49,148 bases of DNA. Source: an uncultured bacterium (lineage in GTDB: Bacteria > Desulfobacterota > Dissulfuribacteria > Dissulfuribacterales > UBA3076). The translations under genes and the position numbers were made by a program. Shown here piece after piece: positions 8,702 to 16,844 of the stretch. The notes under the pieces are model-generated. The model did not search any database. It was not told the DNA's origin and saw nothing but the letters and a program-made list of their open reading frames with translations. Location: assembly GCA_965539945.1 (NCBI GenBank), contig CBETWD010000002.1, forward strand, positions 1 through 49,148, given 5' to 3'. Each line of letters starts with the position of its first letter. Position 1 is the first letter of the stretch.

Positions 8702-9615
8702 GTATTTGATTCCTCTTTCTTTTCCTTATTCTCTTCAGCTAGGGCCTGTGTGACATTAATTACGTTTCTCCCAATTTTTTGAAAGGCGTCTGCTGTATGG
8801 CTGTTGGGATATGAAGCAACAATCGGCCGTCCGGCATCCCCTGTGGTGACGACCCTCGGGTCAACAGGGATGCGACCGAGGAAGGGAATATCCAACTCTT
8901 CAGCCAGTCTCTCTCCACCGCCTTTTTTAAAAATGTCTATAGCCTTGCCGCAGTGTGGACAGATCATGCCACTCATATTTTCTACAATGCCTAAGACCGG
9001 CATGTTGATTTGTTTACAGAAGCTTATGGATTTTCTGACATCCAGAAGTGATACCTCTTGGGGCGTAGTTACTACTATTGCATAGGCGTCGGGTATGGTC
9101 TGAGCCACAGTCATCGGCTCGTCACCAGTCCCCGGTGGTGCATCAATTATCAGATAGTCAAGCTTTCCCCACTCGATTTCGTAAACAAACTGCCTTATAG
9201 CAGATGTCTTGAGGGGTCCACGCCATATAACCGCAGAATCTTTTGTGGGCAAAAGGGGTTCTATAGACATAAATTTCAGGTTGGGCGAGTAGTAAACAGG
9301 TCCAACCGTGCCATCCGGCCGTTGTTGAAGTTCTCCTTTTTCCACACCCAACATCTTGGGCACATTAGGCCCGTGCAGATCTACATCCAGGAGGCCGACA
9401 TAATAATTTTCAAGGGAAAGCCCGATTGCCAGGTTTATGGATACAGTGCTTTTACCAACACCGCCCTTGCCGCTCATTACCATGATTTTATTGTCTATAT
9501 TCCGTAGTTTTTCCTGAATCCTTTCGTCCTGCTCCTCAAGAACAGGATTTGTCATAGGATTTGCTGGTTTTTCCTTCAATCGTCTATTCTCCCTATAATT
9601 AGTTCTTTTGGCCAA
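8698..9615 (-). CDS. apbC: Mrp/NBP35/ApbC-family Fe-S cluster carrier ATPase
   Basis: It has the deviant Walker A SGKGGVGKST and a CPHCG (CxxC) motif. The start is uncertain: TTG at 9615 or ATG at 9555. Confidence 0.9.
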   Translation of the reverse strand: MAKRTNYRENRRLKEKPANPMTNPVLEEQDERIQEKLRNIDNKIMVMSGKGGVGKSTVSINLAIGLSLENYYVGLLDVDLHGPNVPKMLGVEKGELQQRPDGTVGPVYYSPNLKFMSIEPLLPTKDSAVIWRGPLKTSAIRQFVYEIEWGKLDYLIIDAPPGTGDEPMTVAQTIPDAYAIVVTTPQEVSLLDVRKSISFCKQINMPVLGIVENMSGMICPHCGKAIDIFKKGGGERLAEELDIPFLGRIPVDPRVVTTGDAGRPIVASYPNSHTADAFQKIGRNVINVTQALAEENKEKKEESNT

Positions 9616-9684
9616 AATCCTGCGGCCACTGTTAATGATGATGACTAATTTATCCTATTAACGGATATTTTGCACCATGCACTT

Positions 9685-10566
9685 TTACTTTTTCTTTTGA
9701 TTAAGGGCAATCTTTTCTAATTTCTTCCACATTTCTCTGATAGCCATGGCACCTGGCCCGTCTGAGTTTTCTACCAGGGGTCTGCCGGCAACCACGCTTG
9801 ACACGGCGTCGGGATCAAATGGAATCAGCCCCAACATGGAAATTTGTCTTTTTAAACAGGTCTCTTGGATTTTTTCTGCAACTTCCCTGTTCAGGTCTGA
9901 TTTATTTATACATACGCATGTAGGGAGCTTAAAGTGTTCCGCAAGATCTACTACGCGGTTGAGGTCATGGAGTCCGGATGTTGTCGGTTCTGTAACCACG
10001 AGTATCAGGTCAGCGCCGGCAAGAGATGCTATCACAGGACAGCCGATGCCGGGTGATCCATCAACCAGTATCCAATCGGCCTTTATTTCCTCAGCAATGG
10101 CCCTGGTCTCTTTTTTTACCAGGCTGACCAGCTTTCCGGAGTTTTCCTCCCCCATGCCAAGTTGAGCATGGACCATTGGCCCGTAATCAGTATCTGAAAT
10201 AAACCATGAACCGCACAGATTGTCCTTGAGGTTTATGGCCTCTTCCGGGCAAAATTCAGCACAGACTCCGCATCCTTCACAGGACAGGGGATCAACCTCC
10301 GCTGATTCAAGGGTTGTTATTGCACCAAACTGACAAATTTCTTCACAGATCCCACATGCCGTACATAATGATGGGTCCACCTCTGCGGTTACACCGGACC
10401 AGAACTCTGTTTCCTTTTTGATTTTTGGATTAAGCAGCAGGTGTAGATCCGCAGCATCTACGTCACAGTCAGCCAGAACTGTGTTGGGTACAAGTGCTGC
10501 CAGAGAACCAACCACTGTAGTTTTCCCGGTGCCCCCTTTACCGCTCAAGATCAGAATTTCCCTCAT
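9685..10566 (-). CDS. MinD/ParA-superfamily P-loop ATPase with two inserted 4Fe-4S ferredoxin motifs (COG1149-like)
   Basis: It has SGKGGTGKTT plus CTACGICEEIC and CEGCGVCAEFCP. It overlaps the upstream paralog by 4 bp. Confidence 0.88.
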   Translation of the reverse strand: MREILILSGKGGTGKTTVVGSLAALVPNTVLADCDVDAADLHLLLNPKIKKETEFWSGVTAEVDPSLCTACGICEEICQFGAITTLESAEVDPLSCEGCGVCAEFCPEEAINLKDNLCGSWFISDTDYGPMVHAQLGMGEENSGKLVSLVKKETRAIAEEIKADWILVDGSPGIGCPVIASLAGADLILVVTEPTTSGLHDLNRVVDLAEHFKLPTCVCINKSDLNREVAEKIQETCLKRQISMLGLIPFDPDAVSSVVAGRPLVENSDGPGAMAIREMWKKLEKIALNQKKK

Positions 10567-11396
10567 TGTACAAGTTCCTCCAGTAGGGACTCAAAGCTGC
10601 TGCGCAGGTCCGGCCGGCTTATAATAAGGGGCTCTCCTCTGGCGTAACCTTCGGCAATCCTACGGTCAAATGGGATATTTAGATGTATAGGTATATTTTC
10701 CTGCCTGCACCACGTCCCAACATCTCCATTCCCCAAGTCTGAGCGGTTAAGGATTACACCAAAGGACCGCTTGAGCTTTCTGAGCATTCCCACTGCCAGC
10801 TTGAGGTCATAGAGGCCAAAGGGCGTGGGCTCGGTAACAAGCAATGTATAGTCTGCATCATTCACAGTGGCGATCACCGGGCACGAGGTGCCTGGCGGCG
10901 AATCCAGAATAACCAGGCATTCGGGCGATGTTTCTGCCTCTGCCTTTACCGCCTTTATGAGAGGAGGAGACATGGCTTCGCCTATCCTTAATTTGCCTTG
11001 CACAAAGGATATCCCGTTGGCATGGCCTTTTTCGACAAACCCGATTTCCCGTTCTGTTTCAGCCAGAGCATCCTCAGGGCAGATCAGAAAGCAGCCACGG
11101 CAGGAGTGGCAGAGTTCCGGAAAGGTCATTATGATTTTGTTAAAGACCGTAATAGCATTGAATCTGCATATATCACGGCACTTGCCGCAATATGTGCAAT
11201 TGCTCTCAATTACAGATGGGATTGTGAGGGTGCATCGTTTTGTCTGTTCGATCGAAGGGCTAAAAAAGATATGGGCATTTGGTTCCTCCACATCGCAATC
11301 CAGGAGCTGAACAGGTCCCTTAGCTGCCAAAGCCAGGCTTACTGAGACTATAGTCTTGCCGGTCCCACCCTTTCCACTTGCCACTGCAAGTTTCAT
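10563..11396 (-). CDS. MinD/ParA-superfamily P-loop ATPase with 4Fe-4S ferredoxin motifs (paralog)
   Basis: It has SGKGGTGKT plus CTYCGKCRDIC and CHSCRGCFLICP. Confidence 0.88.
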   Translation of the reverse strand: MKLAVASGKGGTGKTIVSVSLALAAKGPVQLLDCDVEEPNAHIFFSPSIEQTKRCTLTIPSVIESNCTYCGKCRDICRFNAITVFNKIIMTFPELCHSCRGCFLICPEDALAETEREIGFVEKGHANGISFVQGKLRIGEAMSPPLIKAVKAEAETSPECLVILDSPPGTSCPVIATVNDADYTLLVTEPTPFGLYDLKLAVGMLRKLKRSFGVILNRSDLGNGDVGTWCRQENIPIHLNIPFDRRIAEGYARGEPLIISRPDLRSSFESLLEELVQ

Positions 11397-11431
11397 AATA
11401 ATTTCCTTATCCTTATCTGTCCTTAAGTGCC

Positions 11432-12025
11432 TTAACTTTCTGAGTCGTTGCCCATACCACGGCCTGTTCCGCTACCGCCACCCATTCCGCCGCCGCCTCC
11501 TCCGCCCATGCCGCGACCGCCGCCGCCCATGCCGCGACCTTTGCATCCTCCTCCCATTCCGCGACCTCCTCCGCCGATTCCGCGACCTCTGCCTCCTCCT
11601 CCCATACCACGGCCGCCGCCTCCCATGCCGCGGCCTCCAAACGATGGATCAAAGGTTTTGCCTGAATTTGCCGCAGCACTGGGACCTTTGTCCGGTGATG
11701 GAATCGTCCCCTTTCTATACTGTTCTATAGCTTCCCCGACAGTTCCGCTTACGTTTGATATCATCTTGATTCCACTTGCCTGGAGGACTTCAAAGGCTTT
11801 GGGTCCTATTTGTCCTGTCAAGACTGTCTGAGCACCTGATCCGGCTACAAGAGTGGCGGCATTAATACCTGCTCCCTGGGCGGCATCCTGGGCTGCCAAG
11901 TTATCGATAACGTTGACTATATTTCCTGATTCCGTGTCCACTATTATGAAATAGCCGGCCCTTCCAAACCTGGGGTCTACAGCAGAGTCCAGGTCTTTTC
12001 CAGTTGCACTAATCGCGATTTTCAT
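11432..12025 (-). CDS. NifX/NifB-like domain protein with a C-terminal Gly/Arg/Met-rich repeat tail
   Basis: The N-terminal ~115 aa (MKIAISATGKDLDSAVDPRFGRAGYFIIVD...) are NifX-like. The tail is FGGRGMGGGGRGMGGGGRGRGIGGGGRGMGGGCKGRGMGGGGRGMGGG.... Confidence 0.8.
   Translation of the reverse strand: MKIAISATGKDLDSAVDPRFGRAGYFIIVDTESGNIVNVIDNLAAQDAAQGAGINAATLVAGSGAQTVLTGQIGPKAFEVLQASGIKMISNVSGTVGEAIEQYRKGTIPSPDKGPSAAANSGKTFDPSFGGRGMGGGGRGMGGGGRGRGIGGGGRGMGGGCKGRGMGGGGRGMGGGGGGGMGGGSGTGRGMGNDSES
11450..11635 (-). repeat. Imperfect ~24-bp coding tandem repeat encoding (GGRGMGGG)n
   Basis: The unit CCnCCnCCCATnCCGCGnCC recurs on the plus strand. The overlapping Pro-rich and Ala/Glu-rich ORFs in other frames are shadows of this repeat. 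Confidence 0.8.
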
Positions 12026-12623
12026 ATGATTTTCTCCTTTTTATCTTTAAGTACCTTAGTAATTATTTTCGCGTTTTTTCCGGCAGAAAATTTTGAAACA
12101 CAATCAATTTTTTATCTTCAAACCTGTTTGGTTTCGGCTTGTCCGAATTAGTTAATAATTCTTTCTGCCTGCGACTTAGCTCAGGGCCGTTCTTCTATAT
12201 TACTTTTTCATGTTTTATTCAATGGCGACACAAAGATTTGCGGGATTTTTTATATTTAATTTCCTGTAATTTATAAGAAAATAAAGCCTGATTTTATTAA
12301 ACATGAATCTCATTTATAAAAGTCTATGATTCTCATAACTATAGGTAACTATTCATAATATAGTTAAATTCCACAATTTTTCCTTAAGAGGTTCCAAATC
12401 AGGAACCCAGTTAAAGGAAAGTCATCCCCAATTAATTGCAAGCCAGTCTCTATAGCAATTTACAAATTATGTCCGGACTGGTACCTTGTCAATAGTTTTT
12501 TTTGAGCGTATGATCTTTTCTGATAGCAGTAATGTCAGAAATTTCTTGTACTTTTATGGCATTGGGTGCTATTGCTTTTAAAGGATCTTTTACGTCTGAG
12601 ATAATAACACTGGAGGAAGGATT

Positions 12624-13979
12624 ATGGAAAAGGGTGAAAAACTGGTAGTTATCGGCTGTGGCGGTGTCGGCGGTCCTGCCGCAATGTTGTCAAAAAAACT
12701 TATGCCGGATGTTGATGTAACCATTATTCGGAAAGAAGAACGATTTATCGTTAGGTGAGCTTTGCCTCATGTTGTGGCCGGTCTGGCCACTGTTGATTCC
12801 ATCACAAATCCAGGTGCCATGTTCAAAAAAGCAGGTATTACTGACATTATTACAGAAGTAACCCACGTGGATACTGAAAAAAAGATAGTTGAATTATCAA
12901 ATGGTACTTCTATTGATTATGACAAGATTATTTTAGGAACCGGGGCAAACCAAGTGATACCTGAATTTGAAGGGGTTGACCTCGAGGGAGTATTCACTTT
13001 AAGGAACGTACCGGATGCAGAAAGAATAACAAGTTTTATGGAAGAGAAAAAGGCCAAAAACCTTGTTTTCATAGGGACAGGATTTATTAATCTTGAACTG
13101 GCGGCATTGCTTTCGGTAACCAAGCCGGATTACTACAATATAACAATTATTAAGTATATGACATTAGGACCTCCTCTGGCCCTTATGCTTGACGCGGACA
13201 TGGCGATCAAGATACAGGAACGTATGGTTGAAAAGGGTCTCAATATGAATATGGAGTCCAGGGCCACAAGGATTCTGGGCCGGGATGGAATAGTCACAGG
13301 CGTGGAACTTGAAACCGGCGAAAAAATCGATGCAGATATGGTCATGGTTTCAGTGGGTGCAAGGCCGAATCTGGAGCTGGCAAAGGATATGAACCTCGAA
13401 CTTGGAAAGTTCGGCGTCAAGGTGAATAAATATCTGGAAACATCAAATCCGGATATCCTTGCAGGTGGAGATTGCGTTGAAAAAATTCATTTTGTGACCA
13501 AAAAACCTACATCTTCGCTACTACGTGGCCCTTCAGTTATTCAAGGACGTCTTGCAGCCAAAAGACTGGCAGGGTATGAAATTGAATTTCCCGGAGTATT
13601 AAACAACTCCGCGGTCAGAATCTTTGACAAATATATAGCTGCTACAGGCTTGACAGATAAGCAGGCACAAAAGGAGGGGTTTGAAACTGTCAGCGTTGTA
13701 GTAAATTCCAGAAGTAAGCATGGTATGATACCAGGCGTCAAACCCTGGACGCTGAAGCTTGTCTTTGACAGAGAGACTCAAAGGCTGCTGGGTGGACAGA
13801 TTATCAGTGATTGTGGTGCACCTGTGAAGGAGATCGATACGATCAATGCCCTGATTATGGGTGAAAAAACCATCCCTGAATTAACCACATTTATGTGCGC
13901 GGGAAATCCCGACTGTTCCTCTGAACCGAGTCTTGAACCTATTACAGTCGCTGCGGAGCAAGCGCTACAGAAATTGTAA
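12624..13979 (+). CDS. Pyridine nucleotide-disulfide oxidoreductase (CoA-disulfide reductase/NADH oxidase-like), probable selenoprotein with UGA-Sec at 12756-12758
   Basis: The ATG at 12624 is preceded by GGAGG (12612-12616) and is in frame with track ORF 12762-13979. The N-terminus VVIGCGGVGGPAA is a GxGxxG motif. The single in-frame TGA aligns with the active-site Cys: RFIVR-U-ALPHV here versus TVLVP-C-GIPYI in the paralog. Confidence 0.8.
12774..12790 (+). promoter_or_regulatory. Candidate bacterial SECIS apical hairpin
   Basis: GUGGCC-GGUCU-GGCCAC has a 6-bp stem and a 5-nt loop and starts 15 nt after the in-frame UGA. The loop begins GGUC, like the apical loop of the E. coli fdhF SECIS. 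Confidence 0.55.
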
Positions 13980-14019
13980 CCAGTTCACAGGTTCACAGGT
14001 TCAGGGTTCAAAGGTTCAG
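13976..14019. repeat. IR-like GTAACCAGTTCACAGG followed by a GTTCA-type 7-8-bp array
   Basis: The sequence is gtaaccagttcacag gttcacag gttcagg gttcaaag gttcaga. The TAA stop of the upstream gene (13977-13979) lies inside GTAACC. Confidence 0.8.
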
Positions 14020-14291
14020 ATCCGTTGAATCGTGAGTTCTTCCTGCCCGCTCGCCAAGCTTGCGAGGCAGGCGGGAATGGAGAATGTATGAGAATAGAAC
14101 AATAGAGCAATGATAAATCATCAATCAACAATCAACAATCAACAATTTCGCTAGAGGCCGCAGAGAGGACGGAGATAAAGTAAAGACAAAAGCATTCACC
14201 ACAAGAACACAGAGACCACATAAATAAGAAACAAGAGTAGTTTTTTCTGTGTGCTCTGCGCGCTTGTGGTGAATATAGTCCTGCTCATAAA

Positions 14292-15644
14292 TCAGCAATT
14301 CAGTTTTTTGACTATTACTTCCACTGCCATCAAAAAAGGATATGTTATCGGTGATCCTGTAAGAAGCGGATGAGTTCCGATCTGGGCTGTGAGCGCAGAA
14401 TAAACAGTCATCCTATTCTGGATGATAATGCTGATAAAATTGATAAGTTCGCCTGTGCCGCCTCCGCCGATAACCGAACCGCCGAGCAACAAACCGGATT
14501 TGGGACTGGCTATAAGCTTTATAACCTGTTTTTCGGCTCCGGGTAATGTTCCCGGGTGCTTAAAAATTCCTTCAAAAGTTCCTGTTACTATATCAAACCC
14601 CTCTTTTTTTGCCTGATTTTCAGTTATTCCTGCTGCACCAAAAGCTGTATCTCCTATGGCAGTACAAAATATCGGAATCGTCCCATTAAATGTCTTCATA
14701 AAAGCTATATTATATAGATTCATACCGGCAATTCTTGCTTCCACGCATGCTGTTGAAGCAAGCATAAGTCCTGTCTTTCTTCTCAAGAGAAAATCATATT
14801 TTGCAGCACAATCGCCCACAGCAAAAATATCAGTATTTTTTTCCGTGCGCATATATTCATCTACCCTGATAAAACCCATATCATTGAGTTCCAGGCCGGA
14901 TTTTTCCGCAAAAGCTGTATTTGGTCTGTATCCGGTGGATAAGATCACAGCATCTACATCGATCTTTTCGTCGTTATTTAACAGGACTCCGGCAGCTTTT
15001 TTATTTCCCAAAATTTCCTTAACACCGCTTCCGGCCTTTATGTTGATCCCTCTTGATATAAGAATTTCCTCGGCTCGAATCGCGAGTTCATCATCAAAAG
15101 CAAGGGATAAAACATGAGGCAAAAGTTCAACTATAGTCACATTTTTGCCCAGTTTCCCAAGTTCGTCAGCGACCTCAACACCGATAAAACCGCCGCCTAT
15201 GACAGCAATGTTTTTACATCCGTCAAGTTTTTCCTTAACACCATCCAGATACTCTTTGTCTTTTGGTATTAAAAAAACATTTTCAAGATCAGCTCCTTTC
15301 AACCATCCAGGCACAGCAGGTGTTGAGCCTGTTGCTATAATAAGTTTTTCAAAGCTGATTTCTTTACCGTCTACGGTCTTACAGGTTTTGTTCTCCGCAT
15401 CAATTTTTTCAACTTCACCTATTTGGATTTTTACACCTGCATTTTCCAAAGGAGCATCAGGTATCACATTTTTATCACTTGATTTAAGCGTGCCGAATAT
15501 ATACGGAATTCCGCACGGAACAAGAACAGTTGATTCTTTTCTTATCACCGTAACTTCCTTGTCCGGATAAAAAGATTTTCCGGTTCTTGCAGCCACAATA
15601 CCTGCTGCACTCCCTCCGATTACAAGCACATCTGTTTTTCCCAT
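14292..15644 (-). CDS. Pyridine nucleotide-disulfide oxidoreductase (CoADR/NADH oxidase-like), Cys form
   Basis: 450 aa. It has VLVIGGSAAGIVAA (FAD), the active-site context LVPCGIPYIFG, and a second GGGFIG dinucleotide motif. The RBS is AGGAGG. Confidence 0.9.
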   Translation of the reverse strand: MGKTDVLVIGGSAAGIVAARTGKSFYPDKEVTVIRKESTVLVPCGIPYIFGTLKSSDKNVIPDAPLENAGVKIQIGEVEKIDAENKTCKTVDGKEISFEKLIIATGSTPAVPGWLKGADLENVFLIPKDKEYLDGVKEKLDGCKNIAVIGGGFIGVEVADELGKLGKNVTIVELLPHVLSLAFDDELAIRAEEILISRGINIKAGSGVKEILGNKKAAGVLLNNDEKIDVDAVILSTGYRPNTAFAEKSGLELNDMGFIRVDEYMRTEKNTDIFAVGDCAAKYDFLLRRKTGLMLASTACVEARIAGMNLYNIAFMKTFNGTIPIFCTAIGDTAFGAAGITENQAKKEGFDIVTGTFEGIFKHPGTLPGAEKQVIKLIASPKSGLLLGGSVIGGGGTGELINFISIIIQNRMTVYSALTAQIGTHPLLTGSPITYPFLMAVEVIVKKLNC

Positions 15645-15727
15645 TTTATCCTCCTTTCACTCTTGATATAATTGACGAAATTCTTCCAGCGATATCTTCT
15701 AAGGCCTCTATTAAACCTAAAGTGATC

Positions 15728-15762
15728 GGTTCAAGGTTCAGTGTTCAGGGTTCAAAGGTTGT
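15728..15762. repeat. GTTCA-type array enclosed by a short inverted repeat (AGTGAT...ATCACT)
   Basis: The sequence is ggttcaa ggttcagt gttcagg gttcaaag gtt. Confidence 0.7.
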
Positions 15763-16252
15763 AATCACTTGACATCCAACACATTATTAAATAATTCGTC
15801 TATTTGCTTCTTTCACCTATTGGGTGAAACATACTTATGCCCTCAATTGAGGCATTATCCTTTTGATATGAACCCGTTAGGGCTTTTCAACCTGGAACCG
15901 TGAACGCTGAACCGCTCAACCTGGGTTAAAGAGGCACAAGCGCCTTAATGAAGACAGCAGCCAAATTTTTACAAAAGCTCATAGATTAAAGTTTCTGCTG
16001 TTCATTTACAACAAGTATTCCTTTCGGTCCGCGCAGCCTTGGAATATCCGGACCATAAACGCCAACATCCATGAGTTTAACTTCATATATACCCCTTATT
16101 TATAAGTTGCAAGAGGTATTCAGGCAAGAGAACAGAGCCCAATGTTCAGATATCAAGAGAACTTGGGAACTTTAATCAACGCCCTTGACAAAAACCGAAT
16201 TAATGTAAATATTGTGAGCATATGATAATAACCAAAAAGGAGGTGAAAAAAT

Positions 16253-16471
16253 ATGCCTAGAATGGATGGAACAGGACCTGCCGGAACAGGTGCTCCAGGT
16301 AGAGGACTTGGTCCCTGCGGTAAAGGAACACAGGCCCAACCCGAAAGATTTACCTCCGCACAAGACAATTTTAGAAGCGGGGGACGCGGTGGCGGCTTTG
16401 GTCGGGGGCGTCGACAAAGGCGCAGAATTTCCTTTGTAGGTTTTTCTGGTAACGATCCAGCCAACAATTAA
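16253..16471 (+). CDS. DUF5320-like small Gly/Arg-rich protein
   Basis: The N-terminus MPRMDGTGPAGTGAPGRGLGPCGKG matches my recollection of the DUF5320 N-terminal signature. The RBS AAGGAGGTG is very strong. The tail is GGRGGGFGRGRRQRRR. Confidence 0.75.
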   Translation: MPRMDGTGPAGTGAPGRGLGPCGKGTQAQPERFTSAQDNFRSGGRGGGFGRGRRQRRRISFVGFSGNDPANN

Positions 16472-16482
16472 TCTCAACACAG

Positions 16483-16642
16483 GTAAGCGTTCACAGGGCA
16501 CCGCATCTGCTTTGTTGTCGGGCGCTTGAAGTACAGGGAGTACGCCTGTGTACCCGTGCGCCTCGCATCTGCAGCACCCTGTAAACGCTTACAGTTCGGT
16601 GGGTTGCGGTAAAACGGGCGTTGTAATCCCGTGAACGGTTAC
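16483..16642 (+). mobile_element. MITE copy 2 (160 bp, forward), 8-bp TSD CAACACAG at 16475-16482 and 16643-16650
   Basis: The ends are GTAAGCGTTCAC...GTGAACGGTTAC and the flanking direct repeat is perfect. The element lies 4 bp after the stop of the DUF5320-like gene. Confidence 0.9.
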
Positions 16643-16844
16643 CAACACAGAAATGGTATTACCCAGATTCGTGCGAAAAAATATATTGTAGAGGCCATTT
16701 CGATTTTGCACGCCGGGAAATATCCTGCCTCAAATTTTTGATTGATCATTTTATCAAAGACAGCTAAGAACAGAATTGTTTAATGCAGATTCGGATTTCG
16801 AATTTCTGACCAAGAAAACCAGCCAAAAACAAAGGAGGCAACAA

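Noticed and set aside
11413-11831. The Pro-rich (11448-11831, +) and Ala/Glu/Trp-rich (11413-11679, -) ORFs
   Set aside because: They are alternative-frame shadows of the GC-rich (GGRGMGGG)n coding repeat. The NifX-like frame has a recognisable domain and continuity.
12171-12187. A tRNA-like fragment, GCGACTTAGCTCAGGG
   Set aside because: It resembles only an acceptor/D-arm. No anticodon arm, T arm or matching 3' acceptor strand follows.
12546-12575. A sigma-54 promoter-like TGGCAT...TTGCT upstream of the selenoprotein candidate
   Set aside because: The spacing between the GG and GC elements is 10 or 16 nt rather than the required 12, so it is not a valid -24/-12 promoter.
16483-16592. The strand bias of G-U-compatible mismatches in the MITE hairpin as proof of a functional RNA
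   Set aside because: Only four informative positions exist, so the chance of all falling on one strand is about 1 in 8. I kept it as a weak hint inside a finding and did not call it an ncRNA gene.
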